Positions 27,409-35,455 of a stretch of 64,000 nt of DNA are shown here, piece by piece (positions within the stretch are counted from its first letter, which is position 1; each line of letters starts with the position of its first letter). Location: assembly GCA_039589395.1 (NCBI GenBank), contig JBDHHK010000002.1:1337-65336 (forward strand). Reading direction: 5' to 3'. The notes beneath the pieces are model-generated. The model saw only the letters and a list, made by a program, of their open reading frames with translations, ran no database searches and was not told where the DNA came from. The position numbers were made by a program, and so were the translations under genes. This DNA comes from Gemmatimonadota bacterium (GTDB lineage: Bacteria; Gemmatimonadota; Gemmatimonadetes; Gemmatimonadales; GWC2-71-9).

Positions 27409-28268
27409 GGCCGGTCGACAGACTGGTCGCCGCTTACCTGATATTCACAACGATCCTCATTCTGCTCAGGTGGCAGTCCTCCTCCCCCGAGAGCTTTCTG
27501 TTGCTGGGGATGCACGTGCTCGTCGGGTTGCTGATATACCTATTCACGAAAGCCGGAGAACAGGACAATTACAGCACCGGCCGGGTACTGCGCGAACTCT
27601 ACCCTCTGTTACTACTGCCAACCCTTTACACAGAACTCGGCATCTTCACAATGCAACGCGAGTTGAGCAGTACGTTTGACAGGGACACGGTGATTCAGGG
27701 CTGGGATGCAGCGGTTTTCGGTGGGCAGATTTCTTTCGACTGGATCCGCAACTCTCCTTCGGTGTTCTGGTCCGGGGTCCTGCATCTCGCTTACTTACTG
27801 TACTACCCGATCGTGCTTGCGGGGCCGGCTCTCCTCCTGCTACGACGCGAAGCCGGTCGCGCACGCAACGTGCTGTTCGCAACGATACTGGCTTTCGTTG
27901 TGTGTTATGTCGTCTTCGCTCTCTACCCCGTTGCCGGGCCAAACTACAGTTTCGAGCAGCCGACCGGTCCGGTGAGAGACGTCTGGAGCGCCCGGTTGGT
28001 CTACGGGATACTTGGTACCGGCTCATCTTTCGGTACTGCGTTCCCTTCGTCGCACGTCGCAGCGGCCGTCGCAGCAAACGTCTTACTCTGGCGGGAATGG
28101 CGTGCGCTGGCGCTCATCATTTTGGCCCCAACGATCCTGCTCGTTGTCGGTACAGTGTACTGCCAGATGCACTATGGGATTGATGCCACCACCGGGTTCG
28201 CCATCGGAGCCGCTGCCGGGTGGGTCGGGCTTTCGGTGGCTCGCAGGCAAGAGGTGGCCAGAATCTAG
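27405..28268 (+). CDS. PAP2-superfamily membrane enzyme (Aur1/IPC synthase-like)
   Basis: Multi-TM; YP..GP, AFPSSH, HYGID motifs; ATGA overlap. Confidence 0.75.
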   Translation: MRPVDRLVAAYLIFTTILILLRWQSSSPESFLLLGMHVLVGLLIYLFTKAGEQDNYSTGRVLRELYPLLLLPTLYTELGIFTMQRELSSTFDRDTVIQGWDAAVFGGQISFDWIRNSPSVFWSGVLHLAYLLYYPIVLAGPALLLLRREAGRARNVLFATILAFVVCYVVFALYPVAGPNYSFEQPTGPVRDVWSARLVYGILGTGSSFGTAFPSSHVAAAVAANVLLWREWRALALIILAPTILLVVGTVYCQMHYGIDATTGFAIGAAAGWVGLSVARRQEVARI

Positions 28269-30115
28269 GATCGCCCCGCGCGTTCGAGAATCCGCCGTTT
28301 CTTGCCCTTGGTGACCATATCTGTCAACACAACTTCCTTCGCCAAGCCGGTGACAAAAGAGTATCCGCGAGCATCTGCAACGAGCCAACGTTGCCACTCG
28401 AGCATATCCAACGCCCCTTCCGCCTCCTGTGTCGACATTTCTCCCGCTCGAGCCAGATTTTCCGTCGGTTCGTTTCCACCTAGAACCGCCACAGCAGCCA
28501 GCATCTCTTGCCCGTGTTCGGCGAGTCCGCGAAACCGCAACCGTAGCGAGGCCGCCACCGTCTGGGGCAAGTCGCCGGGCATGGTCTGATCGAGAGTCCG
28601 GGCCTTTTCGGGCCACGGTTTGCCATGCTTGTCATCGGTTATCTCGAGTCCAGCTTTGACCGCGCGGACCAACTCGACCGCTAAGAAGGGGTTGCCAGCA
28701 GTATCAGCCACCACTCTGCGCGTCAGTCGCTCACTTGCCTGTTCGTCGTAATCCGGAAACGCCCAAGACACGAGCTCTGCCACGTGGGATTCCACGAAGC
28801 TGCCCGTTACCACCAACTCACCGGGTATGTCTCGTCCCAGCCTTTGGCACAACGAGTCAGCGGACACTGATGGAACGGACAGTACGGTGAGCAAGACACA
28901 AATAGGAGCCCCTCCGGCACGCTGCACAATTGACCCAAGAGCCTCGAGCGCTGGTTGTTCCGCCTTTAACGCGTCATCCAGTACCAACAGCACCGGCCTG
29001 ACTTCCGCAATGGCCGCAACAGCCTGGCTGAACGGTTCGCCGGCTACAGAACTCGGCCGAGTCTGCTTCACGGCCGGGAACTTCACGTGAAGATCGGGCT
29101 CGACTTCTGCTAGCGCGGCCAGAACCTGCGGCGCAGCGCCAGCTAGTTCCGGCACATCCAGGCCCCCTTTGAGCATTGCGGACCATATACCACTCGCGCT
29201 CTCGCCGTCGAGAGCCCTGGCAAAAGCAACTACCGCTCCGTCCAAGCGAGCGCGAGCCGCCAGTTCATCGGCGACGCGTGTTTTGCCGGTGCCTGGATCA
29301 CCCCTCAATACGATCATCGCGGGATTACCCGCTAGAGTGTGCCGCCAGACATCTACGCATGTGGCGAGAGCCAAACGTCCAGTTCCTATCACCGGCAAAA
29401 CGTCGTCAGCGGCCGCTTCCGACGCCCTCGCGCCAGGAACCAATGGTTCGGTCCGAATTCGTTCGGCAAGTTCCTCCGTTGCCGTACTGGGCGCCATATC
29501 GAGTTCGCGCTCGAGCTGATCCCGAAACCGCTGATATGCCTTTAGAGCTAGCGCACGTTTGCCCTCTAGCGCATAAGCCGTCATCAGTGCCCGGGCAGCA
29601 GGCTCGTGTAGCGACTCGATCCCGAGGGCGTTTTCGGCAAACTGTCGCCCCGTCGTGAGGTGCCCGTCTGCGAGGCAACGGTCCGAATTGCCCATCAGTT
29701 GGTCGAGAATCCGTGCACGGAGGTTTTCGCGTTCCGCGGCCATCCAGTCCTCGAAAGCCGGTGCGTCTGGTACGGTGAATCCGTCCAGGAAAACCCCCGG
29801 ATTCGATACGCTCGTAGGGTCATCGATGTCCACTAGAATTGCGCCTGGGGTTATCTGAACGTTGTCACCATCAGTGCGGAGCGCTTCGCCCACTACGCGG
29901 CGAATCACGCGGAGAGCTTCGTTCAAAGAGTGCCTTGCCTTGTATTCCTCTTTGTCCGGCCACAACAGGCCTACGAGGTGATCCCGTGTGCGTGCCCTCG
30001 AGGACCGCGCTAGGTATACGAGGAGAGCGAGGTGTTTCCGCCAGAGCAACTCTTGTGGCGGATCTGAGCCGTCCACATGTACGTGGGGCGGACCCAATAC
30101 ATCGAGTTCAATCAC
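28265..30115 (-). CDS. SARP/BTAD-domain regulator with AAA ATPase domain
   Basis: LDVLGP, ALLVYLA, LLWP, F.DWM, BTAD region, Walker A GDPGTGKT, GNPF. Confidence 0.85.
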   Translation of the reverse strand: MIELDVLGPPHVHVDGSDPPQELLWRKHLALLVYLARSSRARTRDHLVGLLWPDKEEYKARHSLNEALRVIRRVVGEALRTDGDNVQITPGAILVDIDDPTSVSNPGVFLDGFTVPDAPAFEDWMAAERENLRARILDQLMGNSDRCLADGHLTTGRQFAENALGIESLHEPAARALMTAYALEGKRALALKAYQRFRDQLERELDMAPSTATEELAERIRTEPLVPGARASEAAADDVLPVIGTGRLALATCVDVWRHTLAGNPAMIVLRGDPGTGKTRVADELAARARLDGAVVAFARALDGESASGIWSAMLKGGLDVPELAGAAPQVLAALAEVEPDLHVKFPAVKQTRPSSVAGEPFSQAVAAIAEVRPVLLVLDDALKAEQPALEALGSIVQRAGGAPICVLLTVLSVPSVSADSLCQRLGRDIPGELVVTGSFVESHVAELVSWAFPDYDEQASERLTRRVVADTAGNPFLAVELVRAVKAGLEITDDKHGKPWPEKARTLDQTMPGDLPQTVAASLRLRFRGLAEHGQEMLAAVAVLGGNEPTENLARAGEMSTQEAEGALDMLEWQRWLVADARGYSFVTGLAKEVVLTDMVTKGKKRRILERAGRS

Positions 30116-30156
30116 GGGATCCTATTGTCCAGCTGTTTGGACGGTCAATCCAGCCG

Positions 30157-30633
30157 CTACTGGGGCTCAATGGTGAGTGTACCCAACATCCCCATCGCCT
30201 CTTGCGGTACAGAGAAGTAGGTGTACGTGCCAGTTGGAGCACTCACGAAGTCCATCTCAAATGCGTCTCCTGACTCGATGACGATGCGACCGTTCATAGG
30301 TCCCAGCTTGCCTTCAGCTGGCATTACAGCGTCAATTATGACACTCGCGCCGTCGGGAATACTGTCGGCATAGAACGCCACATTGTGCGGGAACCCGCTG
30401 CCGTTCACCCACCTGACGGTGTCACCGACCTTGATGGTGAGTTCTGACGGTTCGTACCGAAACCCTACATTCACGGTACCCACCATCTGTACCTCGTGGA
30501 CGACGCCGGTCTTCTCGCCAAACGAAGTGCTTGCAGCCAACACGGCTGCCGATGGCTGTGCGCGTTGGACTATCGGCTCGTCGTCACCGCAAGCCATGCA
30601 GAACAAAAGTATCATCAAACCCGCTCTCAGCAT
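30157..30633 (-). CDS. Plastocyanin/azurin-like cupredoxin lipoprotein with substituted copper ligands
   Basis: GGAGG RBS; lipobox CMAC; YEPSELTIKVGDTVRWVN..PHNVAF; YTYFSVPQEAMGM. Confidence 0.8.
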   Translation of the reverse strand: MLRAGLMILLFCMACGDDEPIVQRAQPSAAVLAASTSFGEKTGVVHEVQMVGTVNVGFRYEPSELTIKVGDTVRWVNGSGFPHNVAFYADSIPDGASVIIDAVMPAEGKLGPMNGRIVIESGDAFEMDFVSAPTGTYTYFSVPQEAMGMLGTLTIEPQ

Positions 30634-30810
30634 CAAAAACTCCCTCCGCAGAATTGCGTTCGGCACATCGGTCTGAAGAATGTACGGAGCGAATGCCGCT
30701 ATGGAAGGGTCGTCCCAAGGTATATTGCGTTCTGACCCGAATCTGTGAACTTGAAAGCGCAAACCGAACGTCACACTGTCAATAATACGAGAAACCTGAA
30801 GCCATAGCAC

Positions 30811-31641
30811 TTGACAATGCCCAACCCTCCCGAATGCAAGTCTCTTGGCAAACACTGTCGAGAGGTAGCAATAACGATCCGAATCTCAGACGTCACTGAG
30901 GAAAGCCAGACACTTCAGGACGCGTCGGTTACGTGGATCACAGGCCATACAGAACGCATCTCGTACGGCAGAGCATACCTGAAGGACGACGAAATTCGCG
31001 TCGACGCAACGATTCATGTGCCCTGCAAGCACCTCCGGACTCCAGACGGAGATCCCGCCGTCAAGCCGGACGGAATGCCTGTGCCGAGCCGTAACGGAAC
31101 TCGTCCAGAGGTCAGATGCGCGATTCACGGGTTTCGAGGCTCCGTGCCTCGCTGCACTCAGTCGAACTACGAAGAACGATCCGGGGTTCAGTTGACGGAC
31201 GGCAGGTTCGCCGTGTATTACAAGGGCAAGCACCGCACCATGGATCTGAGGGTCAAGCGATCGGCGAGGCGCAATCACCAGCTGATTCAGTCAGATAACC
31301 CGTGCCTGACGGCTCCCTGTTACACCGGGGACAACAGACGCGGCGCAGCCTGCTGCAGGGACTTCAACCTCGAGTTGGCACTGCCGAAGACTCAGGAACA
31401 CAAGGAAGCATTACTCAGGGCCCGGGCGGCGCCCTATCTGTGCAAGGTCAAACGAGATGATGACGACACAATGGAGTGCGAAGTAATTAGCGCCTGCGGC
31501 TATCTCAACGACGATGACATTACATGTGTCCTACATGACAGGACGCTGCCCAACGGACAACGGGCCAAGCCTTCTCTCTGCTATGACTGGCCCACACTCG
31601 AAGAAGACGAGACCGGGCACGGAGGGTGTAGACTCATATAG
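30811..31641 (+). CDS. Cys-rich protein with two YkgJ-like (Zn/Fe-chelating) modules
   Basis: C..C...ACC, CGYL...CVLH...KPSLCYDWP in C-half; PCKHL...CAIH...PRC in N-half. Confidence 0.6.
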   Translation: MTMPNPPECKSLGKHCREVAITIRISDVTEESQTLQDASVTWITGHTERISYGRAYLKDDEIRVDATIHVPCKHLRTPDGDPAVKPDGMPVPSRNGTRPEVRCAIHGFRGSVPRCTQSNYEERSGVQLTDGRFAVYYKGKHRTMDLRVKRSARRNHQLIQSDNPCLTAPCYTGDNRRGAACCRDFNLELALPKTQEHKEALLRARAAPYLCKVKRDDDDTMECEVISACGYLNDDDITCVLHDRTLPNGQRAKPSLCYDWPTLEEDETGHGGCRLI

Positions 31642-31650
31642 GGTGAGCCA

Positions 31651-34560
31651 ATGGATACCTCGAGCATTGAGGAACTCAGGACCGCGATTGGCGATCGTTA
31701 CGACATAGAGGGTTTCCTCGCCGAGGGCGGAATGGGTGCGGTGTACACCGCCAGGAACCGTTCTCTGGGATCGCGCGTTGCCGTAAAGATCCTCCCTCAG
31801 GAAGTTGCCGCTAGCGCTGTGAGGTTGGCACGCTTCAAACGAGAGGCGGCACTCGCAGCCAACTTGTCGCATCCCCATATAGTGCCCGTTTTCGAGTTTG
31901 ATGCGTCCGAAGGCTTTGCATACCTCGTCATGCCCTTGGTCGAGGGCGTCACCCTCGCAGAACTCATCGCTAGAAAGGGCCGGCTCGACTACGCCACTGT
32001 CCACAAGCTCATCTGCCAGGTCGGTGGAGCTTTGGGATTCGCCCACAGCAGGAACGTCGTCCATCGCGACATCAAACCCGCCAACATTCTACTGGAGGAG
32101 GCAACGGGTCGCTGGCTGCTCACAGACTTCGGCGTGGCACACGTCACCGATCCCGGAGACACAGAGATCACCCGAACGGGAGCAGTAATCGGTACGCCAG
32201 CGTACATGACTCCTGAACAACGGTGGGGCGGACCGGTTGACGGTCGGTCGGATCTCTACTCGCTAGCCGTTGTGGTGTATCAAGCACTTTGTGGCACCGC
32301 GATCGACCGGCTGTCTGACGAACTCGCACGCAGTTTGGTGGATATTCAGGAGTCGATCAGAAAGGCAGTCCCGCAGCTCAGTCAAGAACGCGCGAAAGCG
32401 TTGAGCCAGCCTCTCTCGAACGTAAGGGAGGAACGCCCTGAAACGGCGGAAGCATGGATCGAAGCGTTAGAAGTCGAGACAAGGCGTCCCCCGATACTAA
32501 AAGCCATCGGATTGGTTGTGCTGATGATGGTCGCGTTTGTGGCTGGATGGCTCGCGTTTCGGCCGGAAAGTGGTGCGGTTGTGCCAACTCTTCCCGCCGT
32601 GGCGGTTCTTCCGTTCCAGATTGAAGTCCGCGGCGACACCAACGAACTCGCTGCTGTGCTACCACAAGCATTCGATTGGCAGCTCCAGTATCTGCCCGAT
32701 CACCGAGTTCTCGGTGCCGGAGTGCGTAATGAAGTCATGAACCGGTACGGAGACGCAATACCACCCCTCGATACACTGCTCAGTATTGCGGAGCAGTTCG
32801 GTGCCACTCTCGCCATCCAGGGTCGTGTAGCCTCCAGTGGGACCAACATCACCATCAGTGTTCTGGTGCACGATGTCGCTGATGGACGGCTGGTCGCAGA
32901 CGCTGATTCCACCGGCCCGGCGGACAGCCTGGACGCTTTGGTCTCTGGCATTGTGATCAAAGCGTTTGCAGAACGCATGGCTCGTGAGGTAACTGGGTGG
33001 TCCAGCTCGTTGCCACGCGGACTGGACGCGATCAACGCATACGTTCGAGGCGACCGAGACTTTCGCCGTGGCTCCTACCAGGCGGCGGTCGACCGACTCG
33101 ACCAGGTGATTCAACTCGACTCGACGTTCGCGCCGGCATACTTCAAGAGGATGCTCAGCCTGATGCTGGGCCTCAGGCCCACACAGTACTCGACCCAGCT
33201 ATGGAGCGCGTTCGAGGCGGCAAACGAATACGGAGTTGGCCTCGATCCAGTCTCACAGCAACTCCTCGCAGGATACGAGCTACTGCTTCGCGAAGGAGAT
33301 GTGCTAGGTGCCGAACAAGCCCTGTTGGATATCGTGGAGCGCTATCCTCGCGCATTGGAAGCATGGTTTCTGCTCGGATACGTGCAATTCAATCTTCGAG
33401 CAATCCTCGGTACGTCTCTAGGTGAGGCCCGCCGCGCATTCATGCAAGCAGTTGATCGGGATTCCAGCTTTGCATCGGCTTTGTGGCACCTGGCGTTGAT
33501 CTCCGTGCTCGAAAACAACGACAACGCTGCTCGTGACTATCTCGGGCGCTTCCTTGCAGTGGACAGCACGTCGCTGCAAGCCGAGATCGCGCAGACGTAC
33601 GACTCACTGCTCTTTCGCGGTACGGGATCAGCAGCACGGGTGCTGGGATCGCTCGACGAACGTTCAACGGGGGTGCTCGAGGTGATGAGCCTCGGAACCG
33701 GAGAACTCCGACCTCCGCCTGGAGTTCGGCCTATCGCGCGGGAGGCTCTGAACGCGTTCTGGAACAACGCCGTATCGAGGGACGAGCGGCGCATGGCGTT
33801 TCGGATGAAGATGTCTTATCTGGTCGCTCGAGGCCTCATCGCTTCGGCTGACTCGCTACTCAGGGAAGCCGCGCAGATGAGAGTTCCCGGCGACGAGCTG
33901 GACCGGTGGTTGGTGTTGAGCGCAGTAACGCCTATTCCTGACCTTGCAGGTACGGAGGCCACTTCGATGGCCGTTACAAGGTTGGAGTCCGCCGATGAAG
34001 ACCGAGCAGAAGCATTGTGGTTGGTGGCTCGCTGGCATCTCAACGAAAACTACGATTCGGCGAGGCCGTTCGTAGATGCTATCGGCGCAATGGCCGCGGA
34101 TGCAACAAACAGCACTCCTTTGGCCCGCAGTCTGGCGGCGGACCTCGAAGCGCGCCGATACATCGCCGAAGGCGATACAACGCGGGCTCTATCCACATGG
34201 GAATTGGCCACTAGTCGGTTTAGCGTCGATCAGCTGATGTTTGGGCTCACCGCCTCTCTGTGGCACATCAGGATGGATCGCGCTGCTGCGGCCCTAGAAT
34301 CAGGACAGCCTGAAGTCACTCTTCGAATCGCCGACGAGTTCGATCGTATGGCGGCAATCGTGGATCAAGTGGCTTGGCCCGATATGCTCCGACTCAAGGC
34401 AGAGGCCGCGCGGATAACCGACAACCTCGGACTGACCCGCAGAACCTACCAGGAACTGGCTGAGCTATTGGAAGATGCCAACGGCCCCGGAGTATCGCTG
34501 AGAGCGCAGGCTGAGAGTGCCTTAGCGGATTTGAGCGGAAGCCAGACGGAAAGAATGTGA
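31651..34560 (+). CDS. Membrane Ser/Thr protein kinase with periplasmic TolB-N-like and TPR domains
   Basis: EGGMGAVY, VAVK, HRDIKPANIL, DFG, GTPAYM; TM; VAVLPF; TPR-like helices. Confidence 0.92.
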   Translation: MDTSSIEELRTAIGDRYDIEGFLAEGGMGAVYTARNRSLGSRVAVKILPQEVAASAVRLARFKREAALAANLSHPHIVPVFEFDASEGFAYLVMPLVEGVTLAELIARKGRLDYATVHKLICQVGGALGFAHSRNVVHRDIKPANILLEEATGRWLLTDFGVAHVTDPGDTEITRTGAVIGTPAYMTPEQRWGGPVDGRSDLYSLAVVVYQALCGTAIDRLSDELARSLVDIQESIRKAVPQLSQERAKALSQPLSNVREERPETAEAWIEALEVETRRPPILKAIGLVVLMMVAFVAGWLAFRPESGAVVPTLPAVAVLPFQIEVRGDTNELAAVLPQAFDWQLQYLPDHRVLGAGVRNEVMNRYGDAIPPLDTLLSIAEQFGATLAIQGRVASSGTNITISVLVHDVADGRLVADADSTGPADSLDALVSGIVIKAFAERMAREVTGWSSSLPRGLDAINAYVRGDRDFRRGSYQAAVDRLDQVIQLDSTFAPAYFKRMLSLMLGLRPTQYSTQLWSAFEAANEYGVGLDPVSQQLLAGYELLLREGDVLGAEQALLDIVERYPRALEAWFLLGYVQFNLRAILGTSLGEARRAFMQAVDRDSSFASALWHLALISVLENNDNAARDYLGRFLAVDSTSLQAEIAQTYDSLLFRGTGSAARVLGSLDERSTGVLEVMSLGTGELRPPPGVRPIAREALNAFWNNAVSRDERRMAFRMKMSYLVARGLIASADSLLREAAQMRVPGDELDRWLVLSAVTPIPDLAGTEATSMAVTRLESADEDRAEALWLVARWHLNENYDSARPFVDAIGAMAADATNSTPLARSLAADLEARRYIAEGDTTRALSTWELATSRFSVDQLMFGLTASLWHIRMDRAAAALESGQPEVTLRIADEFDRMAAIVDQVAWPDMLRLKAEAARITDNLGLTRRTYQELAELLEDANGPGVSLRAQAESALADLSGSQTERM

Positions 34561-34621
34561 GCGGCAGAAAGCGACGCGGTAGTTGTGGGCTTTGAAAGCA
34601 TAACGCCGCGGCTCCGTACGT

Positions 34622-35386
34622 CTACGGTATGTGCGTGATCTCCATTTCCCCGGCAACCGCTGCGCCCGACGCGGTCCTTGCTGGATAGAATGACCAACCT
34701 AGCAGTGTCTCCCGTAAGGCATCCCGGTATGCGCGGTCTCTAATCGGAGGTTCCACTTCGACCTTAGTAACGCGCCCGCGGGCGTCCACCCAGAAGTGGA
34801 TAGTGAGCTCCTGCCCGCGCAACTGTCGAGGAACCGTAACGATCGGGAAAGTGATGGACCGCGGTTCAGGCGCATAGACGTACGGCTGATTGCCGCCAGT
34901 CCCGGGGCCCACATGGCTGCCGATTCCGGTACCGAGCCCCGTTCCTCGCCCACCGCCGGAGCCCGGCCCTCTGCCAGGCCCACCACCCGTACCACGGTCG
35001 CTTCCAACAGCGGACACCCGCGCAATCGTTTGTGTTGGACGCTGCAGGTTGAGTCTCAACTCCGGTAACGGGATTTGCCTGACGCTAGGCTGCTCCGGGT
35101 TGAACCTCAGCTGTTCCGTCGCGGACGGGCGCGGAGCGGCGAGAGCGGTCGGCTCGTACGTTGGGAGTTCTACGTACGTGATCCGCTCGGCGCCTCCCCC
35201 ACCTCCACCTCCAGCTGGACCTGGCCCGCCGCCCGTTCCAAACACATTTTCGAAGAAGCCCGTCTCGGCTCCAACTATAAGCAGTACCAATAAGGAGTGT
35301 AAAAGAACGGACACAAATGCCCAGCGCCCCCTCTCGGCGCGTGCCTTCGGGACACGGAATTCTGGTACGACCGCGGGACGCGACAT
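34622..35386 (-). CDS. Gly-rich TonB-like membrane protein (paralog of 3441-4205)
   Basis: SVLLH TM, GPAGGGGGGG..YVEL, FWVDARGRVTKVEVEP...FYPA. Confidence 0.65.
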   Translation of the reverse strand: MSRPAVVPEFRVPKARAERGRWAFVSVLLHSLLVLLIVGAETGFFENVFGTGGGPGPAGGGGGGGAERITYVELPTYEPTALAAPRPSATEQLRFNPEQPSVRQIPLPELRLNLQRPTQTIARVSAVGSDRGTGGGPGRGPGSGGGRGTGLGTGIGSHVGPGTGGNQPYVYAPEPRSITFPIVTVPRQLRGQELTIHFWVDARGRVTKVEVEPPIRDRAYRDALRETLLGWSFYPARTASGAAVAGEMEITHIP

Positions 35387-35455
35387 AACCCCGGTATCTC
35401 GCTCAGTCCTCGAGCTCGGACAATCGTACCTGGTTTCGCATGGTTCTGTCCCTGG

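Noticed and set aside
30634-30855. N-terminal extension of the cupredoxin ORF
   Set aside because: RBS and lipoprotein signal place the start at 30633; extension overlaps the divergent gene
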